Source of the DNA: Octopus bimaculoides
Lineage: Eukaryota
Length of the DNA stretch: 64,000 nt
Direction: 5' to 3'
NCBI RefSeq assembly: GCF_001194135.2
Contig: NC_068988.1
Span: 20,730,800-20,794,799, forward strand
The notes below the pieces were generated by a model that had not been told where the DNA came from, searched no databases, and saw only the letters and a program-made list of their open reading frames with translations. Positions 53,176 through 64,000 of this stretch are shown piece after piece. The translations under genes were made by a program, and so were the position numbers. Each line of letters opens with the position of its first letter. The stretch's first letter is position 1.

Positions 53176-53458
53176 AAACTCGAATGTGGAATCTAAAAAC
53201 AGAAACAATTCCTATCATAGTAGGTGCCTTAGGTATAATAAAAAAATATTCAGACAAATACATAACAAAAGTACCAGGACTTACAAATATATATAACATA
53301 CAGAAAATTGCACTACTGGGTACTGCACACATTCTACGCAAAACACTTTCAATACAGTAAACAAGAGTACCACAGCAAACCACAGCACATACCCAAGGAG
53401 CACAGAGCTGCGCTCGGTAGTGAAGTGACAGCACGTTATATAAATAAAACTACTGAAC
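53176..53458 (+). mobile_element. Second, shorter 5'-truncated copy of the same R4/Dong element
   Basis: Nearly identical to ~35200-35482 (actcgaatgtggaatctaaaaacagaaacaattcc...aaaactactgaac). Flanked by (AAT)n. Confidence 0.85.
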
Positions 53459-53491
<33 letters not shown>

Positions 53492-53496
<5 letters not shown>

Positions 53497-54022
53497 TTTG
53501 GTAAACAGCAAAGAAGACCTGCTACAGTATGCTGCTAGTGCAGAAGGAGTTAACAAAAATGGACCTGCATGTGCTCATGAATTTCAAACAAGAACAGCCA
53601 ACGAGAGAGAAGGAACCCTACTCCATATGGAATTACATGGTCAGTTCCACCGTGAAACCAACAAATTAAAAGACCAGGAAGCGTCATGGAGGTGGCTCAA
53701 CAAGGGTGACCTAAAAAAGAATACTGAAAGCCTAATCATCGTGGCCCAGGACCAGGCATTGAATACCAACTCAGTGAAAAAGAATATATACTACACAAGT
53801 GCATCGGACCTCTGCAGAATGTGTGGGAAGAGGGTCGAAAGGGTGACTCACATTGTTAGTGCTTGTGAAAATCTTATGCAGAAAGAGTACAAGCCTAGAC
53901 ATGACAAAGTAGCCCAAAACTTCCACTGGCTATTATGCCATAAGTATGGATATGAGGTTACGGGTGCTTGGTACCAACATACACCGGTAAAGGTAATGGA
54001 TGAAAAGAGGAAGGCAAAAATA
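53492..54022 (+). mobile_element. Internal R4/Dong-clade ORF fragment (CCHC zinc knuckle and start of the RLE domain)
   Basis: Stop-free frame containing LHGQF, SWRWLNKGDLKKNTESLIIVAQDQALNT, CRMCGKRVERVTHIVSAC and YKPRHDKVA. These motifs are typical of RLE-type non-LTR ORFs. (AAT)n on both sides. Confidence 0.85.
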
Positions 54023-54042
54023 ATAATAATAATAATAATAAA

Positions 54043-54582
54043 ATGCTCTGATGCAGTACCAGGCAGTGGCTCTCATGGCTTCTCAGCATAACTGATTGTA
54101 AGTGTTATCATGTACATTGTATTGTCGTGGTATAAAAGATGGGCTACAGCAAATATTCTGCTCAATACCACAGATTTGCTTGTCAGTTGTTTGACCTTAA
54201 CCAGTTGAGCATGTCCCTTGGTGGCTGACCATTTGTGCATCTCTGATCATAAGCAGAAGTAGTGGAGGAGCATCATAGCCAAGTGTTGAGAGGAATTCTT
54301 TAGGGTTTGGAAGCATGGGTCTTTTGTTCAACATCCTTAAACAACCCATATTCAGAGACCTTTTGAGTGGGATGGGCTACTCGACCTGAAGAAAATTCTA
54401 ACTGGGCCCCACCTACAAAGTCATGCTCTATTTCTCTATTATGAGATCACTATGTTGCGCACATATGGTTGTGATGCATGTGCCTGGTGTACCCTTATCA
54501 GACGGGTAGTCATGATGGGTATACTGGGCTTTATATATTTTACCCCAGTGTCACTTTGATGGCAAGCACTGCTCTCTCACTC
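54043..54582 (+). mobile_element. Unclassified ~550-bp (AAT)n-associated element, copy 2
   Basis: Homologous to 35631-36181, and begins immediately after an (AAT)n tract. Confidence 0.8.
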
Positions 54583-54589
54583 GATAATA

Positions 54590-54627
<38 letters not shown>

Positions 54628-55448
54628 TTAGTGGTACAAGGCCACAAATTATGGAGAGGGAGTAAAGTTGTTTGGATCAATTCTCAATACAATGCCAACT
54701 GATACTTGATTCAGTTAAATTGTTGCTATAATATAGCAGCAATAGTTTCTATCTTCAACACAAAGTAGTAACAAAGAAGACAGTGGTGACAGCAATGGAA
54801 ATGAAGGAAAGTTAATTGAATCAGTCTCTAGTAGATTATCGTTAATTTTTGATCACTTAATGGATGAAAAAAATAAGTAAATTCAGTGACATAAAAGTAT
54901 CTGTGCTGGCTCTCTATAATACCATCTTCACAATGTCTTACACTAATAATATTACTAAGTTCTATTGACAATCAGAACTGCAGGTTAGTATCAGGACAGT
55001 CTAACTTGTACTTGTAATGGTTAATCTCTGTATTGGAAAAAAGAGGTCAACATAGCAAAGCAGTTCATTGAACAACTCACACACTGAAGTGCAATTCAGT
55101 TCAGATAACTTGCCTACCAGTCTTTATCAGGTTTTCTCCATTTTCTCTTCATGTTTATGTCCCAAAGCACGTGTGTATGTGTGTGCATGCATGCGTGTGT
55201 GTGTTCTGTGAAAACAGAGAGCAACAGCAATAGCAATGCATGGCTCGTAGAAAGAAGAGTACTCAATACAAGAGTGATAAAGTGTACTTCTATTTCAAGT
55301 AAATAAATTTGATTATCAGATACTTCACTACAGATAGTAGTGTTCAGGTAATGTCTTTATATCTAAATACTGCTGCTAGAGAGAACAACATAGTAGCAAG
55401 TACAAAAAATCAAACTTTTATGTTCTATATATATATATATATATATAT

Positions 55449-55829
55449 ATCATCATCATCATCATCGTTTAACGTCCGCTTTCCATGCTAGCATGGGTTG
55501 GACGATTTGACTGAGGACTGGTGAAACCGGATGGCAACACCAGGCTCCAATCTAATCTGGCAGAGTTTCTACAGCTGGATGCCCTTCCTAACGCCAACCA
55601 CTCAGAGAGTGTAGTGGGTGCTTTTACGTGTCACCCGCACGAAAACGGCCACGCTCGAAAGGGTGTCTTTTATGTGCCACCCGCACAGGCCAGTCCAGGG
55701 GCACTGGCAACGATCTCACTCGAAAATCCTACGGGAGCCAGTCAGGCGGTACTGGCAACGGCCACGCTCAAAATGGTGCATCTCATGTGCCACCCGCACA
55801 AGAGCCAGTCCAGGGGCACTGGCAACATA
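55449..55829 (-). mobile_element. Family C copy with an internal tandem duplication
   Basis: The block ggccacgctc...gccagtccaggggcactggcaac occurs twice. Confidence 0.85.
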
Positions 55830-56029
55830 TATATTTGTATTGAATATTTTCAAGTTCATGCACTTACCATTATTCTTTAAATAGTTTCAGTCATTGGATG
55901 GCAGCCATGTTAGAGCAATGCCTTCAAAAGAATTTTAATAGACTACATATCGATTTCAGTATTCATTTCAGCTTGACACTAACTTTATCAGCCTCTGTTT
56001 ACTGAATGCCACCACAAGATCCAGTCTTG

Positions 56030-56335
56030 TTGCAGTGGTTTGTATGCCTCAGTGACATGGAACTATGCTAGTGGAGCACAAACTCTTGGTAAGACCTTCC
56101 ATGCTGGAAAGGACAAAGGGTACAGGCCAGACTAATATGGACCTCTTCCCCAAGATAAAAATGGGTTTGTGTAGAGCCAATAACCCTGCCCGGAAAAGGC
56201 TAAGTTACAGAAGCATTAATGACAGTTCAAAGCTAACAAGACCTAGAACAAAAGACAGCCCAGAGTTAAAAAACAGTGGAGAAAAGGCACTGATGGCTTC
56301 TGCTCCATAAGGAGCAAATGGTTTAAATAAATAAC
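56030..56335 (+). mobile_element. Possible bipartite non-autonomous RTE derivative (5'-UTR-like motif joined to a 3' end)
   Basis: gggtttgtgtagagccaataaccctgcccggaaaa resembles the RTE 5'-UTR motif. It ends ttctgctccataaggagcaaatggtttaaataaataa, an RTE-like stem followed by a short-repeat tail. Confidence 0.45.
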
Positions 56336-56356
56336 TTCTTAAGGTTATGTTTAGTG

Positions 56357-56670
56357 AAGGTGCGTGGCTTAGTGGTTAGGGTATTTGGCTCGGGATCATA
56401 AGGCCATGAGTTCGATTCCTGGCAGTGTTGTGTCCTTAAGCAAGGCACTTTATTTCATATAGCTTCAGTCCACTTAGCTGGCAAAAAGAGTAGAAGTTGC
56501 ATTTCAAAGGGCCAGCCTTGTCACATTTTGTGTGTCAATAAATCTCCTACAGAAGTATGTTAAAGGTACAAATGTCTGTGGAGTATTCAGCGACTTGCAC
56601 ATTAATTTCATGAGCAAGATGTTCTGTTGATTGGATCAACTGGAACCCTCATCAATGTAACCAATGAGTT
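56357..56670 (+). mobile_element. Diverged SINE family B-related copy
   Basis: tRNA-like head (gtggcttagtggttaggg...gttcgattcc) and body similarity (gggccagccttgtcaca...ggatcaactggaaccc). Confidence 0.65.
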
Positions 56671-57536
56671 TTTCTTTTTTAAGTTATGACATTTGCCTCT
56701 GAATTAGATTAGAAAATCTAAAAGAGATAACCCTAAAAATGGAATTATAGCATTGTTAATACACAGTAAGACAGTATTGACTTATAAGCCTATAATATAC
56801 TTAGTACTATATTGTGGTTACAAAATGAAAATACTGTTGCCTTACCAGTAATCTATCAAATTGCTTGAACCTTCAACATAAAGAGAAGCATTGTTTTACA
56901 CTTCTCACATAATTTCCAGCCACTGTAGTAGAAGACACTTGCCCAATGTGCTATGCTGAACCTAGTGAGGGCTATGTCAATATATACTTTTAAAATTTCA
57001 AGTCACAAAGCTCTCCTCAAGGAAGGTGAACCAGATTTCTAATGTAAGCAGTAAATGTCTATAAACCAAGCAGCACTGATGAGATAATATCCCAGTTTGT
57101 TACATGGTACGACAATAATAAAAAGAAGTTGTTTTGAATGTTTATTTTACTTTTGACAAGTATGTATTATCTGTTGATTTAAGTGTGTTTTATCCGTTGA
57201 TTCCCATAAATACATCACTGATTGCTTTCTAGCAATGTTAACCTCATTTTAGTTGGAGATGATGTATTATCGATATCTGCAAATTTTATTTGCGTAAGTA
57301 TAATAATATAAACACTATTATAAATTGTTTTAGAGAGAGAGAGAGAGAGAGTTTGCAGTGTTTTAGTGATGCAGTTTTGGTAATGGTAGATTTCCACATT
57401 GCTTAGATTGGGGGTGGGAGAGGTTTATGTGTGGAGGGGCACACGTGTGTGCATATATGAAGAAAATTTGGTTTTGGCATTGTAAAGTACCAACTTGCAA
57501 GTCAAACACTCACCACTAAACCATTTCTCTCTCCCT

Positions 57537-57577
<41 letters not shown>

Positions 57578-59349
57578 ACCAGCTTTGCTACCAGGTAAGT
57601 GAGGCAGGTGTTTATGGAACATTGCACATAAATACATCGTTATAAAGTGTTCTTTTCTTCGATTGCTGGTTCTAGTCATCTAACTGCAGCTGTACTGATG
57701 TTTTCTTTAATAATTTTAACTCCAGCCTTATGTTTATATTGGTAAGCACTCACTCACTCACTCACTCACTCACTCACATGCATACAACAGACTTCTTCAC
57801 AGTTTGTCAACCTAATGTGGCTTGCAAGACATTAATCAACCTGAGGCTACAATAGAAGACATTTGCCAAAGGTGTCACAAAGTGGGCTTCACACCAGAAC
57901 TTAATAGCTTATCATCATCATCATCATTTAACATCCACTTTTCCATGTTTACATGGGCTAAACAAAATTTGTTGAGGCATATTTTCTAAGGTCAGCTGCT
58001 CTTCTTGTCAGCCTTGCCTATTTTCGCTTACAAACTTCACATGATGTCAAGACAAGGGTACACACAAAACATTACATACAGACGACAGAAACAGATATAT
58101 AGAGGATGGGCTTCTTTCAGTTTCTGTCGACCAAATCACTCACAAGGCTTTAGTTGGCCCAGGGTTATAGTAGAAATCACTTGTCCAAGGTGCTACTCAG
58201 TAGGAGAACCAAAGATCAGATGGCCAGGAAGACAGCTTCTCAACCACACAGCCATGCCTGCACCAAATGGTCATAAAGGGAATTTCTTAACCACATGTCT
58301 ACGTCAATTTTTTTTTTACATTGTAAATCACAATGGCCTCCTGCAGATCATCAGTAACAAAAAAAAATATCAAAGGAAGGAATAACCCACATAGAAGAAC
58401 TGGTCTTTCAAAGATAACTGCTAAATGCAGTCCTGGATTTGGCAAAACTTTGATTAATCATAGTCAAGAACGTAACCAAATGGAAAGGTATTAATGTATT
58501 TTCTGCATTTCATCAAGTTATGGCCAAACTGTAACTTTTACACATGCTTCTAAAATACTATAGATAACCCCAATTCAAGCTTAAAACGGTTGTGATTAAT
58601 CCAACATACTTGGGTTGTTGCTTCAAAACCTTTGAGAGATTAACAGATTTCTAGTCAATAGTTTTGTTCATAAATCATATAAAATCCCGCTGCTATCAAG
58701 CAGTTGACATTTCCAGGGCAATTGCCAAAATGATCTTGATATTAAAAGAGTGGCAGCAATGTATACAGTAGTTGATTATTACATTGTTGAAATGCAGGTA
58801 ATATAAACAAATTAGTTTATATGTCAATTAATATGAGCTTCAAGTTGACAGGAAGGTCACAGAACATTTTGAATGAGGTAATGAGCTGCATGTAGAGACA
58901 ATGATTATGATGATGATGACACCAACAACAATGAGGAGGAGGAGAAGGAGAAGGAGACTGATGACAACTTTTAAGAAACTAGAAATGACAGAAATTTAAC
59001 AAAAATTCATTTGTTTCTGTCAAATTCATTTATTTACTATTACATTACATGATCCATGTTGTTCTTCAGCCCCAGGTCTGCCATGATCCATCAGTCTTAT
59101 ACTATGATCAAAGGTCTTCCAGCTACAGCCATCCTATCTTTTTCTTTTTTTTTTATAGAGGTTACGATGTAATGTGATGGTTATATGGTTGTCATTTCTA
59201 GCAAGTGGAGAAATCGTTATAGAAGATTGTCTTTCTTGGCTCTTGTTATAAATGTGTTTCTCTTGATAGTGTATTTTGACTAAACTATTGAAAGTTGTGC
59301 TCCAATATGGCAATAATCCAAAGACTGAAACCAATAAAGAAACGAAACG

Positions 59350-59383
<34 letters not shown>

Positions 59384-60426
59384 TTGTTTAAGAGGTTGAC
59401 TTAAGGAGGGGCCTCCAGCCATAGAAACCAAACAAAGCTGACATAGGGCATGATGCAGCCCTGTGGCTCACCAGATCCTGTCAAACTGTTCAACCCATGC
59501 CAGCAAGGAAAATGGACATTAAATGATAAAAAATTCACACACACAAACACACACACACATGACTGTTAAACTAAGTTGTCTTACAGTGATGTAGCTTGAG
59601 TCAATATATGCAATATGGTCACTGGAATATTTTTAAATATTTTAAACTTTAATTGAAAGCACCTCTCTTATGTACTAAGTAGGCTCATAAGGAGCATTAT
59701 ATTAAGTAGGCCCATAAAGAGCCCTGAATAATCTGGGAACACATGGCTTCTGAGAAACAATGTTTTCAATTTTAAAACTCAGTGCAATGTAAGACATCTA
59801 TTCAGTTAATCATGCTGTACCCAATGCACTACAGCATCAAGATCAATAGATCAATCTACCCAGTTCTGGTATGTTGTTGATTAGCTATCAATCACAGAAA
59901 GATGAAATACAAAGTTGACCTAGATAAACAGACAGAATGCAAGACTTCAAGGCTGCTATTAGTACTAATACTTCAATATCTATTACACCGACTCAGATTA
60001 AGTTTATTTCAATAGTGAATCATCATAAACATAACCTGCAATATACTTATGCAAGATAGTATATCTAGTAGCTAGACTTACTATTTGCTGCAATCTTTCC
60101 TTAAAAACTCCCATTTCCATGCATTTTTAAAACAGCATCAAAGGTACAATAGCAGCTACTGAAATACAATTCTCTCTTATTTGAAAGTACTGTACTTGCT
60201 TCAGCCATTGTCATCTTCAATGGGTAGGAGACATTTTGGTACAGCCATTTTGGCCCTGCCTCTTTAGCGTCATGAATTCAACATGTTTTCTTCTCAGGAT
60301 CCTTTAGTACCATGGAAATTCTACTCAAGTAAACAACTTGTAATGACAACTACTAAACTTTGTTTAACTTCCTGTTTCACTTTATGTATATGATGGCTAC
60401 TGAAATATTGACGAAATGTGGAAAAT

Positions 60427-60478
<52 letters not shown>

Positions 60479-61929
60479 TCACTATGGATTTCTGTATATC
60501 TTTGACTAAGTAGAACTGACATTGAATTTAGATTTTGGCACAGTGAGCAGAAAAATTGCGGGAAGGGAGACAGACAGAAAGAGAAAGAAGCATTAAGATG
60601 TATTAAATGACTGATTGCTGGAAATATGCCTCTAACTCCCACCCACCCTCTCTCTCTCTGTATTTGTTTATATGAGTGTGTGTGCTTTTTCTTTATGCAA
60701 ATTTGAAAGTCTATGTCAATTGGTTTCAATAAATAAACTAGATTTCTCTCTCTCTCCCTGCCTGCCTGACTATCTATCTATCTATCTGCTTGTGTGTATA
60801 TATAGATTTCTGTGTACAAGTGTGTGTTTGCCTTCAATGCCAAAAAACTGCTATTACCAAAAAAAGGAAACAGGTTCAATATCAGACACCTAGTCATTTC
60901 ATTCCAATCTTCAACACAAAAGATTTCTTCTTCTTTTTTTTTTTTTTTCTTTAATCTATGAATTTTGGTGAAAGTGGAAAGGGAAACAACCAATACTATT
61001 TTGTTTCAGGGCTTCAGAGACTGATGGAGAAGAAGGCAAGAAATCATGACTCATTTGTTATTCTGAGGCTGAAGACGTGGTCCAAATGTTTGCAATAGAA
61101 TAGACTCCACTAAAGATACTCAAGGACCAAATGATAGTGCTAAATTATATGACTGATAGGATTCAATACAATTGTTGTTCACTTAATTTCACTTACAAGT
61201 CTTGAATGCAACCTAAGGTTATGATATAAGACACCTTCCCATGATGCAACAGTCGAACCAAACTCAGAACTATGTGACTGTGAAGCCAAATTTCTTAACC
61301 AGACAGCCATGCATGTCTTCAATCTATCTAACAAAAGCCTTTCTCATTGACCTTTAGAATCATTTCTATTGTTGTCATGCATCTTTCTCTCTTTTCATTA
61401 TTAATAACATGGTTTATTCACTAAAAATAAACCATTATTTCTGCTCATTTCTTTCTCTGTTTTATATCTCCACTGTAACTCTTTTGCATAACTGTCTTGC
61501 GACAATATTTGTAAAGAAATACAATGTCTGTGTGATTCAATGAATTCCGAGAGAGATTTAGTAAAATTAAAGTAGCTTTTACATTATTAACTTAATATTT
61601 GGAACATAGCTTTACAGAAAGCCCTTACATAAAACTATAATGGAAGGTTTTAATTCACATATGAACATTTTAAAATGAGAGGTTTTGTATTATTTAAACC
61701 AGAAGTGGATTCAGATTGACTGGCCTGATGGATGCGTTAGGTGGCTAGCATGTGAGGGAATGCAGCAAGATGTTTCAGAGGTAATGACACTGTAGTAGGG
61801 TTAAAAGAGGCAAGGAGAAGAAACAGATTGTCATTAAGCCAGGAGTTAACGAATCAGTCCCGACATCATCTTTCGGATGGGGTCTAGGATGCTTGTGTGC
61901 ATATCACAGAAGCACAAGCCTACATATTC

Positions 61930-62464
61930 TTTTATTTGTTTCAGTCATTTGATTGCGGCCATGCTGGAGCACTGCCTTTAGTCAAACAAATCGACCCCAG
62001 GACTTATTCTCTGTAAGCCTACTAATTATTCTATCTGTCTCTTTTGCTGAACCGCAAAGTTATGAGGACGTAAACACACCAACATCGGTTGTCAGTTATG
62101 GTGGTCGGCCCGAGGCTATAGTAGAAGACACTTGCCCAAGGTGTCACACCGTGGAACTGAACCCAGAACCATGTGGTTGGTAAGCAAGCTACTTACCACA
62201 CAGCCACGCCTGCACCTATATGTGAACAATATTTCAATGANNNNNNNNNNNNNNNNNNNNNNNNNNNNNNNNNNNNNNNNNNNNNNNNNNNNNNNNNNNN
62301 NNNNNNNNNNNNNNNNNNNNNNNNNNNNNNNNNNNNNNNNNNNNNNNNNNNNNNNNNNNNNNNNNNNNNNNNNNNNNNNNNNNNNNNNNNNNNNNNNNNN
62401 NNNNNNNNNNNNNNNNNNNNNNNNNNNNNNNNNNNNNNNNNNNNNNNNNNNNNNNNNNNNNNNN

Positions 62465-62505
<41 letters not shown>

Positions 62506-62712
62506 TTATGTGTCTGTATTTGTCCCCCACCCCAACATCGCTTGACAACCAATGCTGGTGTGTTTACGTCCCTGTAACTTAGCGGTTCGGCAAAAAGAGA
62601 CAGCTAGAATAAGTACTAGGCTTACAAAGAATAAGTCCTGGGGTCGATTTGCTCGACTAAAGGCGGTGCTCCAGCATGGCTGCAGTCAAAATGACTGAAA
62701 CAAGTAAAAGAG
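61930..62712. mobile_element. Inverted pair of SINE A copies (minus 61930-62220, internally deleted; plus 62465-62712, head in gap 62241-62464)
   Basis: The left arm is the reverse complement of the family consensus. The right arm is a forward 3' half. Confidence 0.85.
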
Positions 62713-62825
62713 TTATCAGAACTCAATCTTTGGTCTTGAAAAGCATATGAAAGGAATCAGAAGTAACAGGAACAACAAACCAAAGTAAAAATTACTTCAT
62801 CATCTTCATTAAAAAAGTAACTTAC

Positions 62826-62993
62826 CTTTTACAATACTGAGTTGGTTTTCTCCACCAGACTGGAAATCATATAAAGCCACAAACAAGTTTGGATCATCTT
62901 CAGTCTGACTGGACAGTAAATTTTCTTTGGACATCCATTTAGTACCCAGCGCTTCAGTGGGTGCATCAGGTAGTGGACGATTTAATATTGCTT
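62826..62993 (-). CDS. Abl: Abl tyrosine kinase internal exon (equivalent to human ABL1 exon 2): N-cap and start of SH3
   Basis: Minus-strand translation is (E)[55 protein letters not shown](G). The WxSKENLL and [11 protein letters not shown] motifs are diagnostic of Abl. Acceptor ttttgcAG at 62995-62994, donor GTAAG from 62825. Length 168 nt, phase 1 to phase 1. Not in the ORF track. Confidence 0.97.
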
Positions 62994-64000
62994 CTGCAAA
63001 AGAGAGAAATAAGATCTTTCAGTCATGTAGCAAAACATTGAAGAAAAGTTTGGTTATATTTTAGACATTTCACAACAAAGACTAACAATATCTGTAAGAG
63101 GAATATCTTTAGAGGGAACATAAACCAAAGAACAACAAAATGAGGAAGCTGCTTCATGGCTCTATAACTTGCACCCAAATCTCCTCCCAAATCACATCCT
63201 GGAGTCTTGAGAGGTAAAGAATACAGAAGATGATATTGGTCTAAGGCATGTTGAGAAAAGAAAAAAGGGAAAAGAAGACATGATCACATCTTGAATGCCC
63301 TTAATTATAGGCCTGATTATGTGGTATGACCTGATGCTAAACAACATCATGCCAATGATCTATGAACTTTTAGTTATTATCGCAAAAGTTTGGAATCGCA
63401 TATAATAAAAAGGAATACATAAATTTCAATCAAATATATTCATGACAAATCCATTAGAATGGTGAACTCTAATCCATCACTTGAGTGCAAGATGTGGTCA
63501 ACAACACTATTTAAATGCAATTAAGTAAGTGCTTGAGGATATTACAGTCAATTGAGTCAAGTGTTTAACAAAGTTATAACAAATTAACCGTTAAGATTCT
63601 CAACTTAAAATGTTATTAGGAATTATAAGCATCAACATGAAGCTGGAAAGAGTGACAGACCTACTGAAGGGACTTCAACTACATACCTGTCACCTGCCAG
63701 GTGACCACATAGAAAATTACTCAATGGGGTACATGTAACTCCTTCACAAATAGAGTCCTATGAAATGTCTTTCTGAAAGGAAGTTGTAATGTTCACACCT
63801 TTCCTAAAAGCATTAAGGGTTCTTTGTAAAAGAAAGCACTAAATGAGAGTGAAAAATCATATCACTGACCTGGTTTACAAAGAACATCACACCATGATCC
63901 CACCCCACCTATGAAATTGCTATTAATCATAAGTAATGAAGAAACTCCAAACATACTTCATGGTGGTGTTGGTGATAGCAGTGACTGAGGTAGTGGTTGT

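Noticed and set aside
53498-54091. 197-aa ORF as a host zinc-finger gene
   Set aside because: The motifs are those of an RLE-type retrotransposon, and the ORF ends come from (AAT)n and an adjacent repeat.

Overview
This is eukaryotic, repeat-rich and partly gapped genomic DNA. The SINE/LINE repertoire and microsatellite load point to an octopod cephalopod, probably Octopus (inference). The window lies inside one minus-strand gene, an Abl-family non-receptor tyrosine kinase. Only two coding exons are visible: 62826-62993 (N-cap and start of SH3) and 42451-42749 (rest of SH3 and most of SH2). Both have canonical splice sites, and their boundaries match human ABL1 exons 2 and 3. Everything else is intron: a 20,076-bp intron between the two exons, more than 42 kb below the second exon in which I found no next exon, and about 1 kb above the first. 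The introns contain four main SINE-like families, relics of RTE, L1/Tx1, R4/Dong and Penelope retrotransposons, nested MITEs (piggyBac-, Tc1/mariner-, pogo/Tigger- and hAT-like), microsatellites and nine N-gaps. The most unusual items are: a minimal hammerhead ribozyme in the Abl sense orientation with a mutated catalytic G; an isolated 28S rRNA fragment; retroelement stacks built on (AAT)n tracts, including an internal R4 fragment and an unclassified ~550-bp element; two inverted SINE pairs; and a decayed coding-like relic with a HEPN-like motif. Nearly all ORFs in the supplied track are artefacts of microsatellites, gaps or repeats. Repeat boundaries were estimated by eye and are approximate.
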